DNA from: Verrucomicrobiota bacterium | GTDB taxonomy: Bacteria > Verrucomicrobiota > Verrucomicrobiia > Opitutales > Seribacteraceae | DNA length: 64,000 nt | Assembly: GCA_027622665.1 (NCBI GenBank) | Contig: JAQBYT010000013.1 | Span: 32,555 to 96,554, forward strand | Reading direction: 5' to 3' | Part shown: piece by piece, positions 47,604 through 57,006 of the stretch | Position numbering within the stretch: position 1 is the first letter of the stretch | Layout of the letters: the number at the start of each line of letters is the position of its first letter | Translations under genes and position numbers: made by a program | Notes under the pieces: model-generated | Told to the model about the DNA's origin: nothing | Databases searched by the model: none | The model's input: only the letters and a program-made list of their open reading frames with translations

Positions 47604-49982
47604 ATGAAATTTCCCTTTTTGATCCTTCCGCTGATATCCGGCATCGTTCACGCTGAAACCAAGGTCGATTTCGCTCGGGAAGTGTTACCTGTTTTGTCGA
47701 ATAAGTGCTTCGTCTGTCACGGACCCGATTCCAAGAAGAAGGATGTTCTTCGGCTCGACTCCCGCGAGGGTGCGACGCGGGACTTGGGAGGCTATCGAGC
47801 CATCGACGCCGATTCGCCGAAAGAGAGCGAGATTCTCACTCGCCTTCACGATGCAGACGATCCAATGCCACCCAAGAAGGCCGAGAAAAAGCTAACCAAG
47901 GCGGAGCGAGAAATCCTTTCGCTCTGGGTCAAACAGGGTGGTGAGTACGCCAAGCACTGGGCATTCGTGAAGCCCGTGAGGCCTGAAGCCAAGGGCAGTG
48001 CCATCGATTATTTCGTGAAAAAAAAGCTAGAGTCGACCGGGAAAGATTTCGCCCCGGAGGCGGAACGGGCGGTTCTGGCGCGAAGGGTCGCACTCACCTT
48101 GACCGGTTTGCCGCCAGAACCAAAGCAACTATCGAAATTGCTTAAGGACACACGAGGTGATGCCTACGAGCGTTTTGTTGACGAATTGCTAGCTAGTACG
48201 CGTTTCGGCGAGCACCAGGCTCGATACTGGTTGGACGCCGTGCGATACGGGGATACCCATGGTCTGCATCTTGACAACAAGCGGGGCATTTATCCGTACC
48301 GCGACTGGGTTGTACGATCCTTCAACGACAACCTGCCATTGGATGATTTTCTCGTTTGGCAACTTGCCGGTGACCTCCTCCCCGAACCTACCTTGGCGCA
48401 ACGAGTGGCCACGGGCTTTGTTCGGATGAACCCCAGCACGGCGGAGGGCGGGGCCATCCCCGCCGAGTTTCAGGCCAAGAACAATTTTGATCGTGTCGAG
48501 AACTTGGGCACTTCCCTCCTCGGGCTTTCCTTGGTTTGCGCCCGATGTCATACCCACAAATACGACCCCGTCACGCAAACCGAGTACTATCAGCTTTTGT
48601 CGTTTTTTAATAATACGACGGAATCCCCTATGGATGGTAATAAGTATGAGTATGCTCCGAACCTAAGGGTGCCCACGGATCAGCTTGCTTGGACACAATG
48701 GATGGAACTCAAGAAAAAGCGTTCGGACCTTTTGCTGGAGGCAAACAAAGCTGAAACGGATACACACCAGAGGTGGTTGAACGCGAATGAAGAAGCACGT
48801 ATGAAGATTTTGACGCAAGCTGATGCCCAGTCTTCCGAATTGCGCAAGCGGGCATCCGAGCTTGCAAAGGTAATTGCGGAAGCGGAGAAGAAATTCACCA
48901 CCACTCTAGTGGCAAAGGAATTGGCTAAGCCGCGCGTGACAAAACTTCTTGAGCGCGGTGAGTATCATTTGCCGGTAGGTGAAGCGCTTCAACCCGGAGT
49001 GCCCGCGGTTCTAGGGGCCTTGCCCAAGGATGTGCCCCGCAATCGGTTGGGGCTCGCTCGTTGGTTGGTTTCTCGCGAACATCCACTTGTTGCACGTGTC
49101 CTCGTTAACCGCATCTGGCAACGCGTTTTTGGCGCAGGACTCGTTCGCACCCCGGCTGATTTTGGCTTGCAGGGCGAGCAACCCACTCATCCCGAACTTC
49201 TCGATTGGTTGGCGGTTGACCTTCAAGAAGAGGGCTGGAATCTCAAGAAGATGCTTCGCTTATTAGTGACCAGTCGGACCTTCAAGCAAAGTTCGGAACA
49301 CCGAGCCAATCTTTCAGATCCTGAAAACCGTTTGTTTGGGAGAGGTCCGAGTTACCGTTTGGACGCAGAGGTCTTGCGCGACCTTTCGCTTTGGTCCTCC
49401 AGCCTGCTGGACTCCAGTATGGGTGGCGAAGGCGTAAAGCCTTACCAGCCCCCAGGTTTGTGGCAGGAGCTCATGCACCCCGGGAGCAATACCAAGAACT
49501 ACGTAGCCGACAAGGGAGATCGTCTCTATCGCCGTAGTCTTTACGTCTACTGGAAGCGTACCAGTCCACACCCGATGATGACCTTGTTCGACGCTCCCAG
49601 TCGCGAAGCCTCCTGTGTTCGCCGTTCGCGAACCAATACTCCTCTCCAGTCGCTGGCTCTCTTCAACGAACCCCAACGCATCGAGGCGGCTCGTAAGTTG
49701 GCTGAGCGCCTTCTTCGCGAAGCGGATAACGATGACGCGCGCCTCGATCTGCTTTTCACCCTCATCGCCTCGCGTCCGCCGAGGGATATAGAACGAAACG
49801 CCTGTTCGAAGCTCCTTCAAGCCCGGCGGGCTCGATATGCGTCGACGGAGGGTGAGGCACAAGCGCTTCTTGCCATCGGCAATGCTCCGCGGGACGTTAA
49901 ACTGAAACCTGTGGAGGTCGCGGCTTGGACTCAAGTGGCGGGTACGGTTCTCGCGAGCGACTTGGCAATCCTGCTTTATTGA
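47604..49982 (+). CDS. Planctomycete cytochrome c + DUF1549 + DUF1553 (PSD1) protein
   Basis: VDFAREVLPVLSNKCFVCHGPD, HWAF, WLDAVRYGDTHG, CARCHTHKYDP, NRLGLARWL, PTHPELLDWLA, YRRSLY, TNTPLQSL. Confidence 0.92.
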   Translation: MKFPFLILPLISGIVHAETKVDFAREVLPVLSNKCFVCHGPDSKKKDVLRLDSREGATRDLGGYRAIDADSPKESEILTRLHDADDPMPPKKAEKKLTKAEREILSLWVKQGGEYAKHWAFVKPVRPEAKGSAIDYFVKKKLESTGKDFAPEAERAVLARRVALTLTGLPPEPKQLSKLLKDTRGDAYERFVDELLASTRFGEHQARYWLDAVRYGDTHGLHLDNKRGIYPYRDWVVRSFNDNLPLDDFLVWQLAGDLLPEPTLAQRVATGFVRMNPSTAEGGAIPAEFQAKNNFDRVENLGTSLLGLSLVCARCHTHKYDPVTQTEYYQLLSFFNNTTESPMDGNKYEYAPNLRVPTDQLAWTQWMELKKKRSDLLLEANKAETDTHQRWLNANEEARMKILTQADAQSSELRKRASELAKVIAEAEKKFTTTLVAKELAKPRVTKLLERGEYHLPVGEALQPGVPAVLGALPKDVPRNRLGLARWLVSREHPLVARVLVNRIWQRVFGAGLVRTPADFGLQGEQPTHPELLDWLAVDLQEEGWNLKKMLRLLVTSRTFKQSSEHRANLSDPENRLFGRGPSYRLDAEVLRDLSLWSSSLLDSSMGGEGVKPYQPPGLWQELMHPGSNTKNYVADKGDRLYRRSLYVYWKRTSPHPMMTLFDAPSREASCVRRSRTNTPLQSLALFNEPQRIEAARKLAERLLREADNDDARLDLLFTLIASRPPRDIERNACSKLLQARRARYASTEGEAQALLAIGNAPRDVKLKPVEVAAWTQVAGTVLASDLAILLY

Positions 49983-50001
49983 AAACCCATTTCTTACCGA
50001 T

Positions 50002-51492
50002 ATGAATACGAATCCACTACGCGAACACGACCTCCATATTACTCGTCGCCAGCTTTTCGGGCGGGCGGCCTTGGGGCTGGGAACTGCCGCAATGGCAAAT
50101 CTTTTGCCTTCGGGGATGTTGGCTGCCGCCGACAGTCAGAAAGGCTTGCACCACGCGGCCAAGGCTAAGCGGGTGATTTACCTGTTCATGAGTGGTGGTC
50201 CAAGTCACCACGACTTGTGGGACTACAAGCCGAAGCTATCTGAGGACTTCGGGAAAGACTTGCCCAAACACGTTCGCGATGGTCAACGCATCACAGGGAT
50301 GACCTCGGGACAGAAAACCCTGCCGTTGGCTCCGAGTAAGTACAAATTCACTAAACACGAGAACAACGACAAAGGAGTGTGGATTAGTTCGCTGCTCCCG
50401 CATACTGCAACAGTAGCAAAGGATTTATGCGTGGTTCACAGCGCCTTCACCGAGGCCATTAACCACGATCCCGCCGTTACCTATATCCAAACGGGTAGCC
50501 AAGTCCCGGGTCGCCCCAGTCTTGGCGCATGGCTGAGCTATGGACTGGGAAGCATGAACGAGGATTTGCCCAATTACGTAGTGATGCATGCCAAGTCGAA
50601 GCATGCCGAGCAGAGTCTCTTCAGCCGTTTGTGGGGCACTGGTTTTATGCCTTCCGACCACCAAGGCATTCTTTTGCGAAGTCAAGGTGATCCCGTGCTT
50701 TACTTGAGCAATCCTAAAGGTGTTTCCCGGGATGATCGGCGAGCGCAGCTTGACGCTCTTTCCGTTCTTAACGGGGAGCATCACAAGAGCTTCGGTGATC
50801 CCGAGGTGTTGGCCCGTTTGCGACAGCATGAGATGGCCTACCGTATGCAGGCTTCCGTTCCTGAGTTGATGGACTTGTCGAAGGAACCGGAGTCCACCTT
50901 TGAGCTCTATGGCAAGGAAGCTCGACAACCCAGCAGTTTTGCGGCCTGTTGCTTGAACGCTCGGAGACTAGCTGAACGCGGTGTACGCAACATACAAGTG
51001 TTTCACCGAGGTTGGGATGCCCATGGTGGTTTGCCGCGAGAGCATGAAAACCAGTGCAAGGACGTGGATCAAGGTTGCGCCGCTCTGATTAAAGACCTGA
51101 AGCAACGTGGTTTGCTCAAAGATACACTCGTGGTATGGGGCGGTGAGTTCGGTCGAACCGCCTATTGCCAAGGCAAGCTAACCCGGGAAAACTACGGACG
51201 CGATCACCACCCCCGTTGCTTCACCATCTGGATGGCGGGCGGCGGCGTAAAGCCCGGTATCACCTATGGGCAAACCGACGACTACGCCTACAATATCGCA
51301 GATGCCGACGGGAACACCATCAAACCGACCAAGGACAAGTGGACCCCCGGCACCATGCACGTGCACGACCTCAACGCCACTATTCTTCACCTCTTGGGTA
51401 TTGACCACAAACGCCTTACCTACCGCTACCAAGGTCGCGATTTCCGTTTGACGGATGTGCATGGGCATGTGGTGAAAGACGTGCTGGCTTAA
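50002..51492 (+). CDS. DUF1501 domain protein, Tat-exported
   Basis: TRRQLFG leader, KRVIYLFMSGGPSH, GWDAH, GEFGRT, GRDHHP, RDFRLTDV. Confidence 0.92.
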   Translation: MNTNPLREHDLHITRRQLFGRAALGLGTAAMANLLPSGMLAAADSQKGLHHAAKAKRVIYLFMSGGPSHHDLWDYKPKLSEDFGKDLPKHVRDGQRITGMTSGQKTLPLAPSKYKFTKHENNDKGVWISSLLPHTATVAKDLCVVHSAFTEAINHDPAVTYIQTGSQVPGRPSLGAWLSYGLGSMNEDLPNYVVMHAKSKHAEQSLFSRLWGTGFMPSDHQGILLRSQGDPVLYLSNPKGVSRDDRRAQLDALSVLNGEHHKSFGDPEVLARLRQHEMAYRMQASVPELMDLSKEPESTFELYGKEARQPSSFAACCLNARRLAERGVRNIQVFHRGWDAHGGLPREHENQCKDVDQGCAALIKDLKQRGLLKDTLVVWGGEFGRTAYCQGKLTRENYGRDHHPRCFTIWMAGGGVKPGITYGQTDDYAYNIADADGNTIKPTKDKWTPGTMHVHDLNATILHLLGIDHKRLTYRYQGRDFRLTDVHGHVVKDVLA

Positions 51493-51506
51493 GTTTTTTT
51501 CGTACC

Positions 51507-52760
51507 ATGAAGCTTCTCACCTGCTTTCTTCTTCTTCTGGGATTCTCGGTATCCCTGCACGCTGACTGGCGAACTTGGCGAGGACCGAGTAAAGACGGTA
51601 TAAGTACGGCCAAGAACCTGCCTGATGTTTGGAATGAAAAAGAAAACGTTCTATGGAAGTTCGCTCTGCCTGCAGCAGGATCCTCGACTCCAATCGTAGT
51701 GGGGGACAAGGTGTTCCTTACCTTGGAGAAGGACAAGGAAGTGCGCCTCTATTGCATAAGTACAATGGGACGAGAACTATGGTGGCACAAGGTTTGCGAG
51801 ACTGACGGCAAAGGTAATGGCGAGCGTACTAACGCTTCCGCTACCCCATCATCCGATGGCGATAGGGTCTTTGTGACTACTGGCACTGGCGAGGTGGTGG
51901 CTTTCGATGTTTCGGGCAACGAGAAATGGCGTTTTAACGCTCAGGATCGTTACGGGAAATTTCGCTTTGGTTTTGGCTTTCACTCCACCACCGTTTTGCA
52001 CGAAGGGCGTTTATTTCTGCAACTTATTCATTCCGCTGCCCAGCTGGTCGTTTCCGTCGACTCAACTACGGGTAAAGAAGTCTGGAATGTCGAGCGCAAG
52101 AGTGATGGTGTGGCCGAGTGCGAACATTCATACGCCTCACCTACGGTTCACCGCCAAGGCGACCTAAGTGTCCTCATTACCCACGGCAACGACTACTGCA
52201 TCGGTCACGATCCTGCCACAGGCACGGAACTCTGGCGCATTGCAGACCTCAACCCCAAGGACCGGTACAACCGCACACTACGTTTTGTCGCCTCGCCTGT
52301 GGCCAGCAATGGCTTTGTCGTTGCGCCCTCGGCTAAGAATCGAGGGGTGTCGGTCGTTCGCCTCGCTGAGGCCAAGGGCCGAATCGGGAAGGGTGGGGTT
52401 GGTGAGCTTTGGCGCATGGACAAAGGCACGACAGACGTAACGTCGCCCCTGCTTTACGAAGGTATTCTTTATCTTTGCAAGGAGAACGGTACCGTCCTCT
52501 GTCTCGACGCCAAGACGGGTGAACAACTTTATCAGGAGCGCTTCCATGGTCAGACTTACAGAGGTTCTCCCGTGGCTTTCAACGGCCGAATTCTCTTTAC
52601 CGCCCGGGACGGTACTTTTACCCTCATCAAGGCAGGCAAATCCTACAATCTTCTGGGCAAGAACAAGTTGGACGATGAATTCACCGCCTCTCCCGCTATC
52701 TCCCGCGATCGCCTCTATCTTCGCGGCTACAAATTTCTTTACGCGATTGGCAAGAAATAG
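51507..52760 (+). CDS. PQQ-binding-like beta-propeller protein (BamB-like PVC family)
   Basis: DWRTWRGP, NVLWK...GSSTPIV, SYASP, ASPAISRDRLYLRG. Confidence 0.85.
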   Translation: MKLLTCFLLLLGFSVSLHADWRTWRGPSKDGISTAKNLPDVWNEKENVLWKFALPAAGSSTPIVVGDKVFLTLEKDKEVRLYCISTMGRELWWHKVCETDGKGNGERTNASATPSSDGDRVFVTTGTGEVVAFDVSGNEKWRFNAQDRYGKFRFGFGFHSTTVLHEGRLFLQLIHSAAQLVVSVDSTTGKEVWNVERKSDGVAECEHSYASPTVHRQGDLSVLITHGNDYCIGHDPATGTELWRIADLNPKDRYNRTLRFVASPVASNGFVVAPSAKNRGVSVVRLAEAKGRIGKGGVGELWRMDKGTTDVTSPLLYEGILYLCKENGTVLCLDAKTGEQLYQERFHGQTYRGSPVAFNGRILFTARDGTFTLIKAGKSYNLLGKNKLDDEFTASPAISRDRLYLRGYKFLYAIGKK

Positions 52761-52817
52761 GTGCTGATTCGGTTTGGCTCACCACTTAAGTGTTCATTCT
52801 TCATCTCCATAACCTTT

Positions 52818-54665
52818 ATGGACAAAGTTCGTTTTCTCCTCCTTGCACTACTTTTTGCAGTCACCGCTTCCGTTTTTGGCGCGAAGCGGCCCAACGTCGT
52901 CTTTCTTGTTTCGGAAGATAATTCCGTACACTACCTTCGGCATTACGGAGCGCCCTTTGGCGCTATGACCGCCGTGGAGAAACTGGCCACCGAAGGGGTC
53001 ACGTTTAATCACGCCTTCTCCAACGCTCCCGTTTGTTCCGTGGCGCGCTCCACTTTGGCTACCGGCGTGTTGGCGCCACGAGCGGGTTTCCAGTATCACC
53101 GCAAGTCGGCGCAAGCCGCTTTGCCAAAGGGACTGAAACCTTGGTCGGCTCTCCTTCGGGAGGCGGGTTACTACTGTGCTAACAACAGCAAAACCGATTA
53201 CAACTTCATAGTGAACGGCAAAGAGGCTTGGAACGAGTCATCAAGAAAGTCCTCGTGGCGTAAGCGTCCTGGCAAGGAGACCCCTTTCTTTTATATGCAG
53301 TCTTTTGGCGTTTGTCATGAAAGCTCCCTCCATTTTCCCGCAAAGCTCATGCAGACCGAAAAGACGAAGACGCCCGTGAACAAGGTTGCCCTCCATCCCT
53401 ATCACCCCGACACCCCGACCTTCCGCTATACCCACGCCCGCTACTTCGACCGTATGACTCTAGTTGACGAGCAGATGGGGCGGGTGGTGGAGAACCTAAA
53501 AGAAGACGGGTTGCTGGAGAATACCTTTATTTTTTACTTTGGCGATCACGGTGGAGTTCTTCCTCGCGGGAAAGGCTATGCCTATGAGAGTGGACTGCAT
53601 GTTCCGCTCGTGGTTCGCATCCCCGAAAATTTCAAGCATTTGGCGGATCATTCGCGAGGAACTCGCACCAATGGATTTGTCAGTTTCATTGATTTCGGCC
53701 CGACCGTTCTCAACCTCGCCGGTTTGACGGTTCCCGAGCAGATGGACGGGAAGGCCTTCTTCGGCAAAGGAACTTCTGCGAAGGAACTGGCCTCTCGCGA
53801 CGAGGCTTTCGGCTATGCCGACCGCTTCGATGAGAAGTACGACTTCGTCCGTACTTTACGCAAAGGGAACTGGAAGTACATTCGCAATTATCAAGGTTTT
53901 TATCCCGACGGTCTTCAAAATAACTATCGCTACCGAATGCTAGCCTTTACCGAATGGAGAAACCTCCATAAGGCGGGCAAGCTGAATGCTGCCCAAAGCC
54001 AGTTTTTCGAGGCCCGTCCCGCCGAACAACTTTTTGACCTTTCCAAAGATCCTCACGAGGTGAACGATGTTGCGAAGAATCCCGACAACCAAACAGTCTT
54101 GAAGGAGATGCGTGATCGGATGACTGAAAAGGTTAAGGGTATTCACGATCTCAGTTTCTACCCTGAGAGCCACATGGTCGCCAAGGCTCTTGCTGATGGT
54201 GTGGCCTACGGCACCCTACATGCCAAGGAAATCAATCGTCTCGTGGATATCGCCGACCTCGCTCTCATTCCCTTCGCCAACGCTCGTCAATCGCTTGCCA
54301 AGGCCATGCAGGCGAAAAACCCATGGGTACGCTACTGGGCTTGCATCACTGCTGCCGCTTTTGGTGATGTGGCCAAGCCTCTGCTCGCGGATGCCAAGAA
54401 ACTTCTCTCCGACGACAACCTCATGGTTCGTGTCCGAGCCGCTGAGTTTCTCGGGAGCATTAAATCTATCGACCCTATGCCAACGCTTGTGGGCGTTCTC
54501 AACGAAAGCGTTTCTCCCCAAGAAGTCTTGTTGACTTTCAATACGGTGGTTTATCTACGAGACTACAGGGGTTACGCCTTCGACCTCTCCCAAATACAGC
54601 TCAAGACAAAGGCCGGCGAAAGTTCTCGCCGCATGGGTTACCTTTCGGGCAAAGAGAAGCTGTGA
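52818..54665 (+). CDS. Sulfatase (S1) with C-terminal HEAT-like repeats
   Basis: RPNVVFLVSEDN, APVCSVARSTL, KTDYN, GDHGG, YESGLHVPL, DRFDE; C-terminal PWVRYWA and LMVRVRAAEFLG. Confidence 0.9.
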   Translation: MDKVRFLLLALLFAVTASVFGAKRPNVVFLVSEDNSVHYLRHYGAPFGAMTAVEKLATEGVTFNHAFSNAPVCSVARSTLATGVLAPRAGFQYHRKSAQAALPKGLKPWSALLREAGYYCANNSKTDYNFIVNGKEAWNESSRKSSWRKRPGKETPFFYMQSFGVCHESSLHFPAKLMQTEKTKTPVNKVALHPYHPDTPTFRYTHARYFDRMTLVDEQMGRVVENLKEDGLLENTFIFYFGDHGGVLPRGKGYAYESGLHVPLVVRIPENFKHLADHSRGTRTNGFVSFIDFGPTVLNLAGLTVPEQMDGKAFFGKGTSAKELASRDEAFGYADRFDEKYDFVRTLRKGNWKYIRNYQGFYPDGLQNNYRYRMLAFTEWRNLHKAGKLNAAQSQFFEARPAEQLFDLSKDPHEVNDVAKNPDNQTVLKEMRDRMTEKVKGIHDLSFYPESHMVAKALADGVAYGTLHAKEINRLVDIADLALIPFANARQSLAKAMQAKNPWVRYWACITAAAFGDVAKPLLADAKKLLSDDNLMVRVRAAEFLGSIKSIDPMPTLVGVLNESVSPQEVLLTFNTVVYLRDYRGYAFDLSQIQLKTKAGESSRRMGYLSGKEKL

Positions 54666-56677
54666 GCCCCTTGGGTTCAGTCGTTTTCGGCTTTTCCCGG
54701 GCTTGCTTCCTTTTCGTTCCGGTTATCCTTCCGACTTGGTCTTTCGCCGCCGACGAACCCCGAAAATCAAGTATTCTCGACCTCCCGAAGTTACAGGCAA
54801 GCCAGGTAGCCGGCCAAGCTCAAGTTGTGCATTTGATGCGAGCCAAGGAATTCGACAAGGCGGAATCCTTGCTTCGGTTGATGACGAGGCACAACCCGAG
54901 GTCACCGGCTACACGCTACAACCTTGCCTGTCTATTGGCGCTGCGTGACCGAACCGACGAGGCCTTCGAATCCCTCGAATTGGCGGTGGAGCTAGGTTTT
55001 CGCAACATTGCTCACCTTGAGAATGATCCCGACTTAGTGAACTTGCGAAAGGACAAAAGATTTGCCGGTGTCCTAAAGGCAGCTGCCGAGCCTTTTGAGG
55101 GATCTATTTGGCCGAAGTTCCCCAAGCCGATCCCTGCCGCGGAGAAGGATGGAGAAGTTGTCTTGAATGAGCTCAACTTGGGTTACGATCCAAAGGTCGG
55201 ATTGTTCTTGGGTTTGGTCGGTCGGTCACAGGAAGAGCGACCGATCGCCAAGGGACAAGGCAAGGTGGGCGACCTTTTGCGAAAGTGGTTCGAGGAAGGG
55301 ACTGCTGCCGGGAATCGGGGAGATTTCTATGACAACCATGACGGCGATCACTCCAATATGAATTTTCGGGGATTTCCACAACTCACCCGGATTGAATACG
55401 GAGAAGCTCTTCGTGCACGGGGTTTGCACAATGGACTTCAGCGGCATTTTCTCTTCAGTGGGGTAACATTGGGCAATTCCTCGACTGCCATAACCGGCGG
55501 TCGGAATTGGCGTAGCCAAGCGCGCTTTGCCCTTACGCAACCAAATGGAGCCACTCGTCTGGCCCTTCATTACCTGCGGAACCATCTCTACTTTTATCCC
55601 GAGCACAAGGACCATGATGCAGGTCGCAATGGGGAAAACGGTGGTGGACACGGGGACGTCTTTCCCGCAAACGTGCCGTACATCGTGGTAAGTCAAGGGT
55701 CATCCGGATCCGATCGTGCATTTATGAACGCTTTCGCCGCCATGTTGGCGGCCATTCGACCTGAAACGAAACAGGTTCTGGTCCGTTCCCCGCTTCTTAT
55801 GCCGACCCTTCAACAGGTCTTTCGTCGGAGCAACCGCAACGTCGAAAGCGACGAAGACTATTTCACGGGGAAAGCACACCCCACTGTATTTGACGGTTCC
55901 CTTCTTGATGTCGAAACCATGGTTCGTCGCTCCCACGAATTGCGGCCGGATTCCGTGCCTCCGTTGGCTCAATTCAAAGTGACGAAGGAAGACGCACCCG
56001 TCGCGGGGCAAGACTTTTTTGACTTCCGTCCGCATCAGCGCTTGTTCGATACGCCATGCGCTGCAGCTCGGGTCTACAAGTCATCTGCAAGCTCTCTACG
56101 CTTTACTTTGGACGCCCGTTCCTCTCGAGACCTTTCCGGCAGACCTCTGTCTTATCGATGGAAGGTGCTGCGGGGCGATGCCGAACGTATTACGATCGAA
56201 AAGCAAGATGCGAACGGAAGCGTGGTGGAGATCACTATCCCTTGGCATGAGCGTAGACCCGTTCTTCCCGGTTCGGCTATGGAGTCCAATCGTGTGGACA
56301 TCGGCCTTTTCGCCGGCAACGCCGATCATTGGTCTGCACCTGCCTTCTTTTCGGTTTATTTCCCCGACAACCAGAAACGTGTCTATGATGATCGCGATCG
56401 TATCCTGTCGATTGACTACTCCTTGGGCAACTATGTGGACCCTCTTATCGATACTTCGCGAGAATGGCAGGATAAATACCGTTACGAAGACAACGGTTCA
56501 CTCCTTGGGTGGACACGATATCGTAAAGGAAAGGTCGATGAGCAAGAGTTTACGGCTAACGGTCTTCTTGTCGTTGCCAAAAACAACGATGGATCTCCTG
56601 CCGAAACCACTGAGGTGCGCTACCTTGTTCGAAAAAGTAAGGGCGATCGTGTTATTCTGGCGCAGGAACCTCGGTAG
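54662..56677 (+). CDS. Hypothetical protein with N-terminal TPR-like region
   Basis: YNLACLLAL...AFESLELAVELGF...DPDLVNLR; 671 aa; 4-nt overlap with the sulfatase. Confidence 0.75.
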   Translation: MSPLGSVVFGFSRACFLFVPVILPTWSFAADEPRKSSILDLPKLQASQVAGQAQVVHLMRAKEFDKAESLLRLMTRHNPRSPATRYNLACLLALRDRTDEAFESLELAVELGFRNIAHLENDPDLVNLRKDKRFAGVLKAAAEPFEGSIWPKFPKPIPAAEKDGEVVLNELNLGYDPKVGLFLGLVGRSQEERPIAKGQGKVGDLLRKWFEEGTAAGNRGDFYDNHDGDHSNMNFRGFPQLTRIEYGEALRARGLHNGLQRHFLFSGVTLGNSSTAITGGRNWRSQARFALTQPNGATRLALHYLRNHLYFYPEHKDHDAGRNGENGGGHGDVFPANVPYIVVSQGSSGSDRAFMNAFAAMLAAIRPETKQVLVRSPLLMPTLQQVFRRSNRNVESDEDYFTGKAHPTVFDGSLLDVETMVRRSHELRPDSVPPLAQFKVTKEDAPVAGQDFFDFRPHQRLFDTPCAAARVYKSSASSLRFTLDARSSRDLSGRPLSYRWKVLRGDAERITIEKQDANGSVVEITIPWHERRPVLPGSAMESNRVDIGLFAGNADHWSAPAFFSVYFPDNQKRVYDDRDRILSIDYSLGNYVDPLIDTSREWQDKYRYEDNGSLLGWTRYRKGKVDEQEFTANGLLVVAKNNDGSPAETTEVRYLVRKSKGDRVILAQEPR

Positions 56678-56930
56678 TCAGTCGCCGTCCGGTTTGATTG
56701 AGTTCGCATCGTGAGAATACCTTTGCGTCGATGTGTTCTGATGGCAGCAGTATTTCGAACTTGTGTGCTTGAATGCACAATCTGCCGCTATGAGATGAAC
56801 TACCAGTTTCTTACAATTATTTGATGTTTTTGGCAATAATTTGTCCCAATATATGAGTTTGAATTTATTAGATATTGTTACCTGGTGAGCTTTGGGCAAT
56901 TTCTCATCTTTTAAAGGGTAATTTTATAAC

Positions 56931-56966
56931 GGGTGTGCGATCCGGGCAGGTCGCGCACCCTTTTTT
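56931..56966 (+). terminator. Intrinsic terminator-like hairpin
   Basis: GGGTGTGCGA-TCCGGGCAGG-TCGCGCACCC-TTTTTT. Confidence 0.75.
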
Positions 56967-57006
56967 GTTTTCTTTTTGTTCCTCGGAACGTTAACTCGAT
57001 TTTCGG

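Noticed and set aside
56886..56888. Selenocysteine recoding of the in-frame TGA in the tiny ORF
   Set aside because: No Cys/Sec redox context and no evident SECIS hairpin directly 3' of the codon.
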